A stretch of 64,000 bases of DNA from Bacteroidales bacterium (GTDB lineage Bacteria; Bacteroidota; Bacteroidia; Bacteroidales; VadinHA17). The position numbers were made by a program, and so were the translations under genes. The stretch is from NCBI GenBank assembly GCA_017882305.1, contig JADGPU010000005.1, positions 3,797-67,796 on the forward strand, in the 5' to 3' direction. The notes under the pieces are model-generated. The model did not search any database, was not told where the DNA came from, and saw only the letters and a list, made by a program, of their open reading frames with translations. Positions 19,623 to 27,685 of this stretch are shown here, piece by piece (within the stretch, counting starts at the first letter, position 1; each line of letters begins with the position of its first letter).

Positions 19623-20951
19623 ATGAATAATCAATATGTAAGTCAGGTTGTGGATCTCACAAATCCGGAGAAGAATGTCATTTATAATATGACACACGAG
19701 GAAGCCGTCAATATTGTAAGACTGGGTAATGTCGAAGCTATCCGAAAGATTGACGGACAGTTTTCACTTGTTTCGGTCGAAGGTAAAACAATCAGAATGG
19801 CAAGATCAATCGGACGACCAATACGTTATTTCATAGCTAAACGGCCCGCCGGCCCCGAACTCGTTATCGCTGAACGTATTGATGTAATTTATGATTATCT
19901 TAAAAAGGAAGGTCTTGATCATCAGTTTCATCCCTCTTATACAAGGATGGCTCCTGCCCACTACATTACTAAAATTGAACTTCTGGGTTGTCCTGATCCA
20001 AATCCGGTTTATGAGCGCTTCTTCACTCCTGAACGCAACAAACTTTCAAGTGATGATCCGGCACGGATAGGTGAAAAATATATTGGAACTTTGTATAATG
20101 AAATAATAAAGTGGCTGCAGTTCCGTGCTAAATCGGGTCCGGTTGGTGTAACCTTTTCTGCCGGAATTGACAGCGGTTCGGTCTTCTTACTTACCTACCA
20201 TGCACTTAGAGAACTTGGTGAAAGTCCTTCAAGACTCAAAGCTTTTACACTATCAATTGACGGGGATGGAGATGATTTACTCCAGGCCAGAAAATTTCTG
20301 GAAGCGCTGAATCTCGGATTATTCCTTGAACCCATTGAAGTGAATTACTCATCATTGGATTGGAGGAAAGCAGTGAAAGTGGTCGAAGATTATAAAGCTC
20401 TTGATATTCAGTCCGCAACAATGAATTTATCACTTCTGCAGGGAATCCGTTCACGTTACCCGGAATGGAAATATATTATTGATGGAGACGGTGGCGATGA
20501 AAACCTGAAAGATTATCCCATAGAGGAAAATCCTGAATTAACTATTCGAAGTGTACTGAATAATTTGATGTTATATCATGAGGGCTGGGGAGTAGAATCG
20601 ATTAAACATTCTTTAACCTATTCCGGTGGACTTAGCAGAGGATATATGCGAACCTTTGCCACAGGAGATATGATGGGTTTTGAAGGATTCAGCCCTTATA
20701 CTTTACCAAATGTGATAGAAATATCAGAGGGTATTCCCTATATTGATATAACAAAATGGGATCATCAAAAGCTCTATGACCTTAAGGGACAAATAGTTTC
20801 TGCAGGAGTTAAGGCAGTTACCGGAATGGAAATGCCTGTTTTTCAGAAAAGGCGCTTTCAGCATGGTGCAACATCCGATCAGGACTTCAGCAGGCATTTC
20901 CCTGAGAAAGAAATCGCCTACAGGAAAGAGTTTCTTTCAAGCTATGAATGA
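19623..20951 (+). CDS. Asparagine-synthetase-B-like PP-loop adenylating enzyme lacking the N-terminal Cys nucleophile
   Basis: PP-loop GVTFSAGIDSGSV (SxGxDS). Remnant of the AsnB N-domain DGQFSLVSVEGKTIRMARSIGRPIRYF. The N-terminus is MNNQY, not MCG. Confidence 0.7.
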   Translation: MNNQYVSQVVDLTNPEKNVIYNMTHEEAVNIVRLGNVEAIRKIDGQFSLVSVEGKTIRMARSIGRPIRYFIAKRPAGPELVIAERIDVIYDYLKKEGLDHQFHPSYTRMAPAHYITKIELLGCPDPNPVYERFFTPERNKLSSDDPARIGEKYIGTLYNEIIKWLQFRAKSGPVGVTFSAGIDSGSVFLLTYHALRELGESPSRLKAFTLSIDGDGDDLLQARKFLEALNLGLFLEPIEVNYSSLDWRKAVKVVEDYKALDIQSATMNLSLLQGIRSRYPEWKYIIDGDGGDENLKDYPIEENPELTIRSVLNNLMLYHEGWGVESIKHSLTYSGGLSRGYMRTFATGDMMGFEGFSPYTLPNVIEISEGIPYIDITKWDHQKLYDLKGQIVSAGVKAVTGMEMPVFQKRRFQHGATSDQDFSRHFPEKEIAYRKEFLSSYE

Positions 20952-21900
20952 AGATCCAGTTTTACTGACCAATGACCAGTGGATAATCTCCAGGAGGGGA
21001 AACAAAAATATTGTTGACCCTCAAAGGCCCTATGGATGGCTGGTAGAAAAAGAACGAACCACTTCAGGGAAAATTGAAGATACAGGAATCATTTTTCTGA
21101 CTAACAGGGAATGCTCCTTTCATTGCCTGATGTGTGATCTGTGGAAAAACACAACAGATGAATCCGTTGCTATCGGTTCGATTCCAAAACAGATTGGATG
21201 GGCATTGGAACAAATGCCAGATATTAAATATCTTAAACTCTATAACAGCGGAAGTTTCTTTGATGCAAGGGCTATTCCTGAGGACGACTATCAGGAAATT
21301 GCGTCACTCTTAAAAAATCTCGAAACAGTAATCGTTGAATGTCATCCGAGGCTCGTTAACAATAAATGTCTGAATTTCAGGGATATGCTAAAACCTGATT
21401 TGCATGTTGCCATGGGACTGGAAACTGTACATCCTGAGATTCTCCGGAAACTGAATAAGCAGATGACAGTAGGGGATTTCAGGAATTCTGTAAGATTTCT
21501 TTCAAAACATGGCGTACATTCAAGGGCATTTATTCTGCTCAGGCCTCCACTGCTCTCCGAATCAGAAGGCATTTATTGGGCTGAACGTTCAATCGACTTT
21601 GCATTCGATTCCGGGGTTGAGTGTTGCACTATTATTCCTGTCAGGGCAGGAAACGGGGCAATGGATTTTTTAATGGAAAAAGGTGACTTTAGCTTGCCTG
21701 ATATTCACTCTCTTGAAACAGTTCTTGAATACGGAATAGGGTTAAAAACAGGTCGTGTATTTGCAGATGTCTGGGATATGGGTCTATTTTCTTCTTGCAA
21801 AAAATGTATTGATAAAAGAACCAATCGTATAGTCGCGATGAACCAGAGCCAGGAAATAGTCAATGCGGTTGAATGTGAATGCAATCACATATTAAGATAA
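20944..21900 (+). CDS. Radical SAM enzyme, family unassigned
   Basis: Start moved to ATG 20944, giving an 8-nt ATGAATGA overlap with the upstream stop. CX3CX2C in NRECSFHCLMCDLW. LKLYNSGSFFD. C-terminal Cys cluster CKKC..CEC. Confidence 0.8.
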   Translation: MNEDPVLLTNDQWIISRRGNKNIVDPQRPYGWLVEKERTTSGKIEDTGIIFLTNRECSFHCLMCDLWKNTTDESVAIGSIPKQIGWALEQMPDIKYLKLYNSGSFFDARAIPEDDYQEIASLLKNLETVIVECHPRLVNNKCLNFRDMLKPDLHVAMGLETVHPEILRKLNKQMTVGDFRNSVRFLSKHGVHSRAFILLRPPLLSESEGIYWAERSIDFAFDSGVECCTIIPVRAGNGAMDFLMEKGDFSLPDIHSLETVLEYGIGLKTGRVFADVWDMGLFSSCKKCIDKRTNRIVAMNQSQEIVNAVECECNHILR

Positions 21901-21936
21901 AAGATAAAAGTAAAAAGACAAAAGTGAAAAACAACT
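21895..21936 (+). repeat. AAGAYAA heptad element, copy 1
   Basis: AAGATAA AAGATAA AAGTAAA AAGACAA AAGTGAA AAACAAC. The first unit contains the radical-SAM stop codon. Confidence 0.85.
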
Positions 21937-21949
21937 TTTAACATTGACT

Positions 21950-21998
21950 CTAAACGCTAAACGCTTAACTAGTTGACCGGGTACCCAGGACCCAGCAA
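21950..21998. repeat. Further heptad words
   Basis: CTAAACG CTAAACG CTTAACT (21950-21970) and CGGGTAC CCAGGAC CCAGCAA (21978-21998). Confidence 0.6.
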
Positions 21999-22018
21999 CA
22001 TTTGGAATAAATAGAAAC

Positions 22019-22795
22019 TTAGATGTTTATAATGGGTTTTGTTTCGTAGCTGATCTCTTCCTTTTTATAATATACTCTTTCGAGAAAAAGTCCGCTTGGA
22101 GGAGCAGTAAGTTTCGCAGGAAGATCTGTTTTCAGTCTGAAAAATGTGGCAACATCGGCTGGAGAGAGTTTACCTCTTCCGGCTTCAACCAGTACACCAG
22201 TCATACGTCTGACCTGCTTCCATAGAAAATGAGAGCCAACAACGTGAAAAACAAGCATATTACCAAAGTCATTAACTTTTGCGTGTAAAATCTCAACTTT
22301 GGTTGACGACTGTTCTGCATCCTCGTCAGTAAAGTACCTGTAGTCTTTCAGTCCGGGAAAATATTTTGCAGCTTCATTCATCAGATTAATATCAAGCGGA
22401 TCTTTTATCCACCAGACAAATTTCTTTCCGAAAGCAGTACGTCTTCTGCTTATCTGGTAAATATAACTCCTGGCATTTGCATCATGTCGTGCATGAAATT
22501 TCGGATGGGCCTCTTCAACATTGATAATACATATATCAGGTGGCAACCTGTCGTTAATACCGTATTTTATTTTCAATGGCATAAGATCAGTTTCAACATC
22601 CAGGTGTGCAACCTGTCCCGATGCATGAACACCCCCATCAGTTCTCCCTGCCCCGAAAATATCAATCTCTTCATTTTTAAATAATTCTCTGCATGCATCC
22701 AGTATCTCTCCCTGAATTGTTTTACCACCCTTCTGCATCTGCCAGCCCGAGTAACGTGTACCGTCATACTCTATTGTCAATTTGAATCTGCTCAT
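22019..22795 (-). CDS. truA: tRNA pseudouridine(38-40) synthase
   Basis: MSRFKLTIEYDGTRYSGWQMQ..GAGRTDGGVHASGQVAHLD. Confidence 0.9.
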   Translation of the reverse strand: MSRFKLTIEYDGTRYSGWQMQKGGKTIQGEILDACRELFKNEEIDIFGAGRTDGGVHASGQVAHLDVETDLMPLKIKYGINDRLPPDICIINVEEAHPKFHARHDANARSYIYQISRRRTAFGKKFVWWIKDPLDINLMNEAAKYFPGLKDYRYFTDEDAEQSSTKVEILHAKVNDFGNMLVFHVVGSHFLWKQVRRMTGVLVEAGRGKLSPADVATFFRLKTDLPAKLTAPPSGLFLERVYYKKEEISYETKPIINI

Positions 22796-22830
22796 GATAT
22801 CTATATTAGCTGTGTAAATGTAAGAAAAAT

Positions 22831-22900
22831 AGTCTTGGAGTCTTGAAGTCTCTGTGGCCCTCTTTGATTCTTTGTGTATCTCTGTGACAGTTCTTAAAAG
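22831..22900. repeat. 8-mer word array ending in the CTGTG-N-CAGTTCTTAAAA core
   Basis: AGTCTTGG AGTCTTGA AGTCTCTG TGGCCCTC TTTGATTC TTTGTGTA TCTCTGTG ACAGTTCT. Confidence 0.65.
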
Positions 22901-23016
22901 ACCTCCATGGAATTACCTTCTATAATCCGAACATTATTAACATCACACTGTTTGTCTGATAGATTTAGTATTTTTGTGAAGAAAGGAATTACATTAATTA
23001 CCCGATTTCCGGAACA

Positions 23017-23526
23017 ATGAAAAACAAATACATGAATCCTTACATGGCTGGTACTATGTTGGGGATAGTTCTGCTTCTGGCGATGTTCCTTGCTGGCCGG
23101 GGTCTGGGTGCCAGTGGCGGTATCAAATACTGCGTAGTCTCAATTGTCGGAGCTGTTGATCGTCCACACGCAGATGGATCAATCTATTACAGCAAATATT
23201 TTGAAAATGGGAAGAAGCCTTTGAAGAACTGGCTTGCAATAGAAATATTCGGAGTAATTGCAGGAGGTTTTTTATCGGGAGCACTCTCTAAGAGACTTAA
23301 GTTTAAAATTGAAAAATCTCCAAATATTTCGAACACCAGACGATTGATCTTTGCTTTCCTGGGCGGTGTATTTTTTGTGTATGGTGCCCAGCTGGCGCGC
23401 GGATGTACTAGTGGCGCCGCTCTTTCAGGGATGGCAGTTCTTTCTGTTGCCGGATTTGTTACAATGGTTGCAATTTTCGGTTCTGCCTATCTCTTTGCAT
23501 GGTTCTTCAGGAAAAACTGGATATAA
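23017..23526 (+). CDS. YeeE/YedE-family sulfur-compound transporter, half-size subunit 1
   Basis: Polytopic membrane protein with the conserved Cys motif LARGCTSGAALSG. Confidence 0.8.
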   Translation: MKNKYMNPYMAGTMLGIVLLLAMFLAGRGLGASGGIKYCVVSIVGAVDRPHADGSIYYSKYFENGKKPLKNWLAIEIFGVIAGGFLSGALSKRLKFKIEKSPNISNTRRLIFAFLGGVFFVYGAQLARGCTSGAALSGMAVLSVAGFVTMVAIFGSAYLFAWFFRKNWI

Positions 23527-23527
23527 T

Positions 23528-24130
23528 ATGGGACCAATATCATCATTATTCACAATGCCGGAATGGCTTGATTTGCTTATCGCACTGCTGATTGGCATTG
23601 GTTTTGGATTTTCGCTTGAACAAGCTGGTTTCTCTTCAAGCCGTAAACTTGCAGGAATGTTCTATGGATATGATGCCACAGTAATCAAAGTTTTTTTTAC
23701 TGCTGCGATTGTTGCACTTATCGGATCACAGCTGTTGAGTTACTTCGGATTACTTAACCTGAATCTTGTATTTGTTAATGAGTTTTATGTTGCTGCTTCA
23801 ATCGTTGGCGGAATTATAATGGGGGCCGGCTTTATTATGGGTGGATTTTGTCCCGGTACTGGGTTATGTGCACTTTCTATCGGGAAGATTGATGCGATGA
23901 TCTTTTTCCTTGGCGGACTTACCGGTGCATTCCTTTTTGCTGAAACATATCCGTTTATACAGAACCTGGCAAATGGGTCATACAAAGGACCGGTTAAAAT
24001 TAATGAGGTAATGGGTATTTCACCCGGTTTATTTACTTTTCTTCTTATAATTGCAGCAATTGCAATGTTCTGGCTTGCAGAGGTTGCTGAAAAGAAATTT
24101 GCGCGACCCGATATAACCAACGAAATTTAA
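23528..24130 (+). CDS. YeeE/YedE-family sulfur-compound transporter, half-size subunit 2
   Basis: Start moved to ATG 23528, 1 nt after the upstream stop. MGGFCPGTGLCA motif. Polytopic. Confidence 0.8.
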   Translation: MGPISSLFTMPEWLDLLIALLIGIGFGFSLEQAGFSSSRKLAGMFYGYDATVIKVFFTAAIVALIGSQLLSYFGLLNLNLVFVNEFYVAASIVGGIIMGAGFIMGGFCPGTGLCALSIGKIDAMIFFLGGLTGAFLFAETYPFIQNLANGSYKGPVKINEVMGISPGLFTFLLIIAAIAMFWLAEVAEKKFARPDITNEI

Positions 24131-24141
24131 ATATTAAAGAG

Positions 24142-24753
24142 ATGAACAGCAGAGTAAAATTTTCAGTTGGACTTTTAGGTCTGGGGATTATCCTTGCTTT
24201 GTTACCACTTTCCGGAAGCAGGTCTTTTACAGTCAGGCCTCAAAAACTCCTGTCTGAAGTTCTCAATGACAATACTTATTTTACGGCTGATCAGGTAGCA
24301 AGGTTCATAACAGATGAAGATAGTTCTGTTCAGATTATCGATCTCAGAACACCTGAAGAATTCAGAGAGTTGAATATCCCTGGCTCAATAAATGTTCCTT
24401 ATAGTAAACTTCTGGAAAATGACCCTGGTAGTTTTCTTAATAATGGAAAGACCAGAAATATATTCTACTCTAACGGCGACTTTGATTCCAATTATGCACT
24501 TGCAATTGTAAGGGGATTAAATCTTAAAAACACTTTTGTCATGAAAGGTGGTCTGAATGAATGGTTCAACACCGTAATGAACAGCAATTTTACCGGAGAA
24601 AGGATATCAGCAAGAGAAAATGCATTGTTTGAAACCAGGACAAGAGCAAAAAAGATGTTTAATGAAATGAATAGTATGCCGGATAGCCTGAAATTGAAAT
24701 TCATCCGGTCGAAACATACAGCTGCAAAAAAACTCGATGGGGGATGTGAGTAG
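24142..24753 (+). CDS. Membrane-anchored rhodanese-homology-domain protein, apparently Cys-less active-site loop
   Basis: N-terminal TM helix. IIDLRTPEEFRELNIPGSINVPY. The loop where the catalytic Cys is expected reads IFYSNGDFDS. Confidence 0.7.
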   Translation: MNSRVKFSVGLLGLGIILALLPLSGSRSFTVRPQKLLSEVLNDNTYFTADQVARFITDEDSSVQIIDLRTPEEFRELNIPGSINVPYSKLLENDPGSFLNNGKTRNIFYSNGDFDSNYALAIVRGLNLKNTFVMKGGLNEWFNTVMNSNFTGERISARENALFETRTRAKKMFNEMNSMPDSLKLKFIRSKHTAAKKLDGGCE

Positions 24754-24767
24754 GGACGACCGTTAAG

Positions 24768-24787
24768 AAATTGCCCGGGGGCAATTT
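24768..24787 (+). terminator. Hairpin after the rhodanese gene
   Basis: AAATTGCC-CGGG-GGCAATTT: 8-bp stem, tetraloop, T-rich 3' side. Confidence 0.5.
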
Positions 24788-24814
24788 TAGGGAGGAGCCT
24801 GACTGCAGGGTAGG

Positions 24815-24849
24815 CAGAAATCAGAAATCAGGAATCAGGAATAAGAATT
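24815..24849 (+). repeat. Heptad array CAGRAAT x5 abutting a start codon
   Basis: CAGAAAT CAGAAAT CAGGAAT CAGGAAT AAGAATT, then T and ATG 24851. Confidence 0.85.
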
Positions 24850-24850
24850 T

Positions 24851-25309
24851 ATGGAATTAATAAAAAAAAATAAAGTCGTAATAGCCATTTTTCTAATTTT
24901 ATTGGTTCTGATTCTTATCAGATCATCGGGTTTGAACCATTTCAAAAATGATGCAAAAAAATGGGCTGAACCATCCTTAAAACAATCAAATAGAATAACC
25001 CTGGATCAGGCAGGATCACTTTCAGGTAAAAGCCTGATAATCAATCTTGATAAAGATGTCAGCGGGATAAGAGAGCTAACAAGTGATGCACAAAATATAC
25101 CTGCTGATTCAGTTCTGAGTAAAAAACATGTTACTACAATTATGAAACATGATGGTCCGGTAGTGCTATTTTCTTCGGAGCCGGGTTTATCAGCTAGAAT
25201 ATGGATGATACTCAGTCAGATGGGGTGCATGAATATTTATATTCTCACCAATAACGCTGACAATGAGGTCTTTAAATACAAATTCCGGCCAGATACTTTA
25301 TTTAACTGA
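24851..25309 (+). CDS. Small membrane-anchored protein, weak rhodanese-like similarity
   Basis: N-terminal TM helix. VVLFSSEPGLSARIWMILSQMG resembles a rhodanese loop and helix with Ser in place of Cys. Weak call. Confidence 0.45.
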   Translation: MELIKKNKVVIAIFLILLVLILIRSSGLNHFKNDAKKWAEPSLKQSNRITLDQAGSLSGKSLIINLDKDVSGIRELTSDAQNIPADSVLSKKHVTTIMKHDGPVVLFSSEPGLSARIWMILSQMGCMNIYILTNNADNEVFKYKFRPDTLFN

Positions 25310-25342
25310 CCGGAATTATTAGTTTCAGAATAGTCAGAAAGG

Positions 25343-26380
25343 CTATTTTACCACCTCAAAATCATTCACATCTGCCGATGAAAAAGGAAGCCACGATAAC
25401 GAGGTTCTCTGTTTAACCATTTTATTGTACATAAAACCATTGTTACCATATTTCAGTGTATGTGCATCATAACCAAACAGACGCAAATAAGCAGTAGCAA
25501 ATCCTGAGTTGTGACCTGTTCCGCAATAAACTACCACAGGTTTATCAACCGGAATAGAGGCCATCTCATCTGTATATCCCAAAGTACCTTCTGGTTTATA
25601 TCTTACAGATCCGGGTATATGTCCATCCTCATATTTATCTTTCCGGTCCAGATTTATTATATAATACTTTTGGGGATTGCTAAACACCTCATCAGCTGAT
25701 ATCAGGATATCTGTTGTTCCTTCTTCAAACAACCTCCGGAATCTTGCTGCTCCAATCTCAGGTCCTGTCATTAGTCCTGTTTTGAGCTCGGGCATAACAA
25801 GCAAAGAAGGTCTCTCATTTACAGTATTTTCAAGTTTAGTTTCGTACTTTCCGGAAACTCCTTTTAGCCATCCATCCTGGGCATATTTGTTATTCCATAC
25901 GCTCATTCCCCATCGCATAGAATAGACATTACCATATCCCATCAACCTTAACAGGCATGTTGCATAACTCGATACCTGGCCATCTTCACTTACTATAATT
26001 ATCTTGTCATATTCAAATGGTTTAATTCCGGTTTCAAAAAAGGATGGCACTTCCTCAAATTTCTTATTTACTGCACCTTTGATGTGCCCTTCACTAAATT
26101 GTTTTGGAGACCGTATATCTACAACAAGCATATTTTTACCCAGACTTTCATTTACTATTGAGGCTTTGATAAGCGATGGGAATACTTTACTATTTACATA
26201 ATCACCATTCTCCTTAAGATCTTTTAATAATAGTGCAGTCTCATTCCCGATTGCAACAGATTTATTAACCTCCTGAACCACATCATGCTGCTTACTCTCT
26301 GTTTTTTTACCTTTGCATCCGGTGACCAGAAGTATGCAAAGGAGCAGAAAAGAGAATATTGAAAAATAATGTCTCTTCAT
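25343..26380 (-). CDS. Two-domain rhodanese (thiosulfate sulfurtransferase-like) lipoprotein
   Basis: Lipobox LVTGC. Domain 1 VVDIRSPKQFSEGHIKGAVN with loop VSEDGQVSS (inactive type). Domain 2 HIPGSVRY..VVVYCGTGHNSGFA with an intact Cys loop. Confidence 0.8.
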   Translation of the reverse strand: MKRHYFSIFSFLLLCILLVTGCKGKKTESKQHDVVQEVNKSVAIGNETALLLKDLKENGDYVNSKVFPSLIKASIVNESLGKNMLVVDIRSPKQFSEGHIKGAVNKKFEEVPSFFETGIKPFEYDKIIIVSEDGQVSSYATCLLRLMGYGNVYSMRWGMSVWNNKYAQDGWLKGVSGKYETKLENTVNERPSLLVMPELKTGLMTGPEIGAARFRRLFEEGTTDILISADEVFSNPQKYYIINLDRKDKYEDGHIPGSVRYKPEGTLGYTDEMASIPVDKPVVVYCGTGHNSGFATAYLRLFGYDAHTLKYGNNGFMYNKMVKQRTSLSWLPFSSADVNDFEVVK

Positions 26381-26387
26381 ATCAATT

Positions 26388-27464
26388 CTATTTCTTGGCA
26401 GTTAAGTTAACCGCAACTTTGTCCTTGTCGAAGGAAAGGGTTTCGGTACGATTACCGAGATCGTCATATTTGTAAGCAGTAACTGCAACTCCATTATCAG
26501 GACTGTTGATTAAATTCCCGTTTTTATCTATATTTTTAAGTTCAACAATAGCGCCATGACTATCGTATGAAGACTGTGTTACAGGAATCAACTTACCACC
26601 AACATACTCATTATCCTGGTCGAATACCCTTGTTTCAATTAAATAACCATTCTCATCATACTTACTTATGCGTTTTGACCATCCCCAGTAAAGATTTGAC
26701 ATCTGACCTGTAACATTAAAAACTGAAAAGTTTTCAAGGTCACCATACTGATTTGGAGTGAAAGTGAAATAAGAAACTCCGATATCACCGCAGTTTTCTG
26801 CCGTACAGTTATAGAGTGTATCAGCTTTAAAATTTGCCATTCGTGTCGTATATCCTTTGTCATTGTATGTAAACCTGAGTTCATAGAACGGGCAGAAAGG
26901 GTTCATAACAGTTTCTTCTCCTTTAAGATTGTAACGGAGTTCCCTTACCATCCCATCAGGAAGAACGGTCCATGTCCATGAATGGATCTTATTCCTGTTT
27001 TCAATCATTGATCCGTCTTTTCCTAAGAACATTAAGCCTACCCTGTTCCCATTTGAATCGAGTGCATATTCTGCAGCAAATATCCCAGTTGATTCTATCG
27101 GTTCGTTATCCTTATTAAAAAAATGTTTTATCTGCTTACCATTGATATATTCATAGGTAATTTTTGCAGCTCCCTGCATTGAAGAATAACCAAGAAGAAC
27201 ATTATTACGGACAAATTCTACTGATAAAAGGTGCCCTGATTTATCATAGGTAAATTTGTAGCTGTTTATAGTCTTTGCCTGATCGGCAGTTAACAGATGG
27301 GTTCCTTTTTCAATATCATAAGGTGTTTCACTGAATTGGAGGTTCCTGTAATATTCCACACCAGTATGCATGTTTTTATTCTTCGCGTTACCCGTACAGG
27401 AAACAATACCAATCCCAAGCACAATTGTCAGGATTAACGGAATAATCAGTTTGCTTAATTTCAT
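26388..27464 (-). CDS. Hypothetical lipoprotein with YD/RHS-like short repeats
   Basis: Lipobox GIVSC. Recurring YxYDxxGxL-type motifs (FTYDKSGHLLSV, YALDSNGNRVGL, KYDENGYLIET, YKYDDLGNRTETL). Confidence 0.5.
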   Translation of the reverse strand: MKLSKLIIPLILTIVLGIGIVSCTGNAKNKNMHTGVEYYRNLQFSETPYDIEKGTHLLTADQAKTINSYKFTYDKSGHLLSVEFVRNNVLLGYSSMQGAAKITYEYINGKQIKHFFNKDNEPIESTGIFAAEYALDSNGNRVGLMFLGKDGSMIENRNKIHSWTWTVLPDGMVRELRYNLKGEETVMNPFCPFYELRFTYNDKGYTTRMANFKADTLYNCTAENCGDIGVSYFTFTPNQYGDLENFSVFNVTGQMSNLYWGWSKRISKYDENGYLIETRVFDQDNEYVGGKLIPVTQSSYDSHGAIVELKNIDKNGNLINSPDNGVAVTAYKYDDLGNRTETLSFDKDKVAVNLTAKK

Positions 27465-27574
27465 ATTCTTAACTTTTTTGGTTTAAATTAATTATCAAAA
27501 TTATTGATTATTTGAATCTGGATTATGATTCCAATAGACAATTTAACAAATAAAATGAGTAAATGTTTAAAATT

Positions 27575-27644
27575 GGTACGCGGTGCACGGCATGCAATAC
27601 ACGGTAAAGGGTACCGCAAACCGCAAGCCACACACCATATACCG
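27575..27644. repeat. Ten GG/CC-phased heptads around a central GGTACC
   Basis: GGTACGC GGTGCAC GGCATGC AATACAC GGTAAAG GGTACCG CAAACCG CAAGCCA CACACCA TATACCG. Confidence 0.7.
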
Positions 27645-27685
27645 CTGTTATGACTATATTTGTTTAATATTAGTAAAATTCTAAA

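Noticed and set aside
19623-20951. Lasso-peptide cyclase interpretation of the Asn-synthetase-like gene.
   Set aside because: No transglutaminase-like protease (B protein), no RiPP recognition element and no short precursor ORF lie in the flanking 19530-19622 or 21901-22018. The partner is a radical SAM enzyme instead.
27555-27653. 32-aa basic ORF (MSKCLKLVRGARHAIHGKGYRKPQATHHIPLL) upstream of the alpha/beta hydrolase.
   Set aside because: It reads straight through the heptad array. Its composition is dictated by the repeat and there is no supporting signal.
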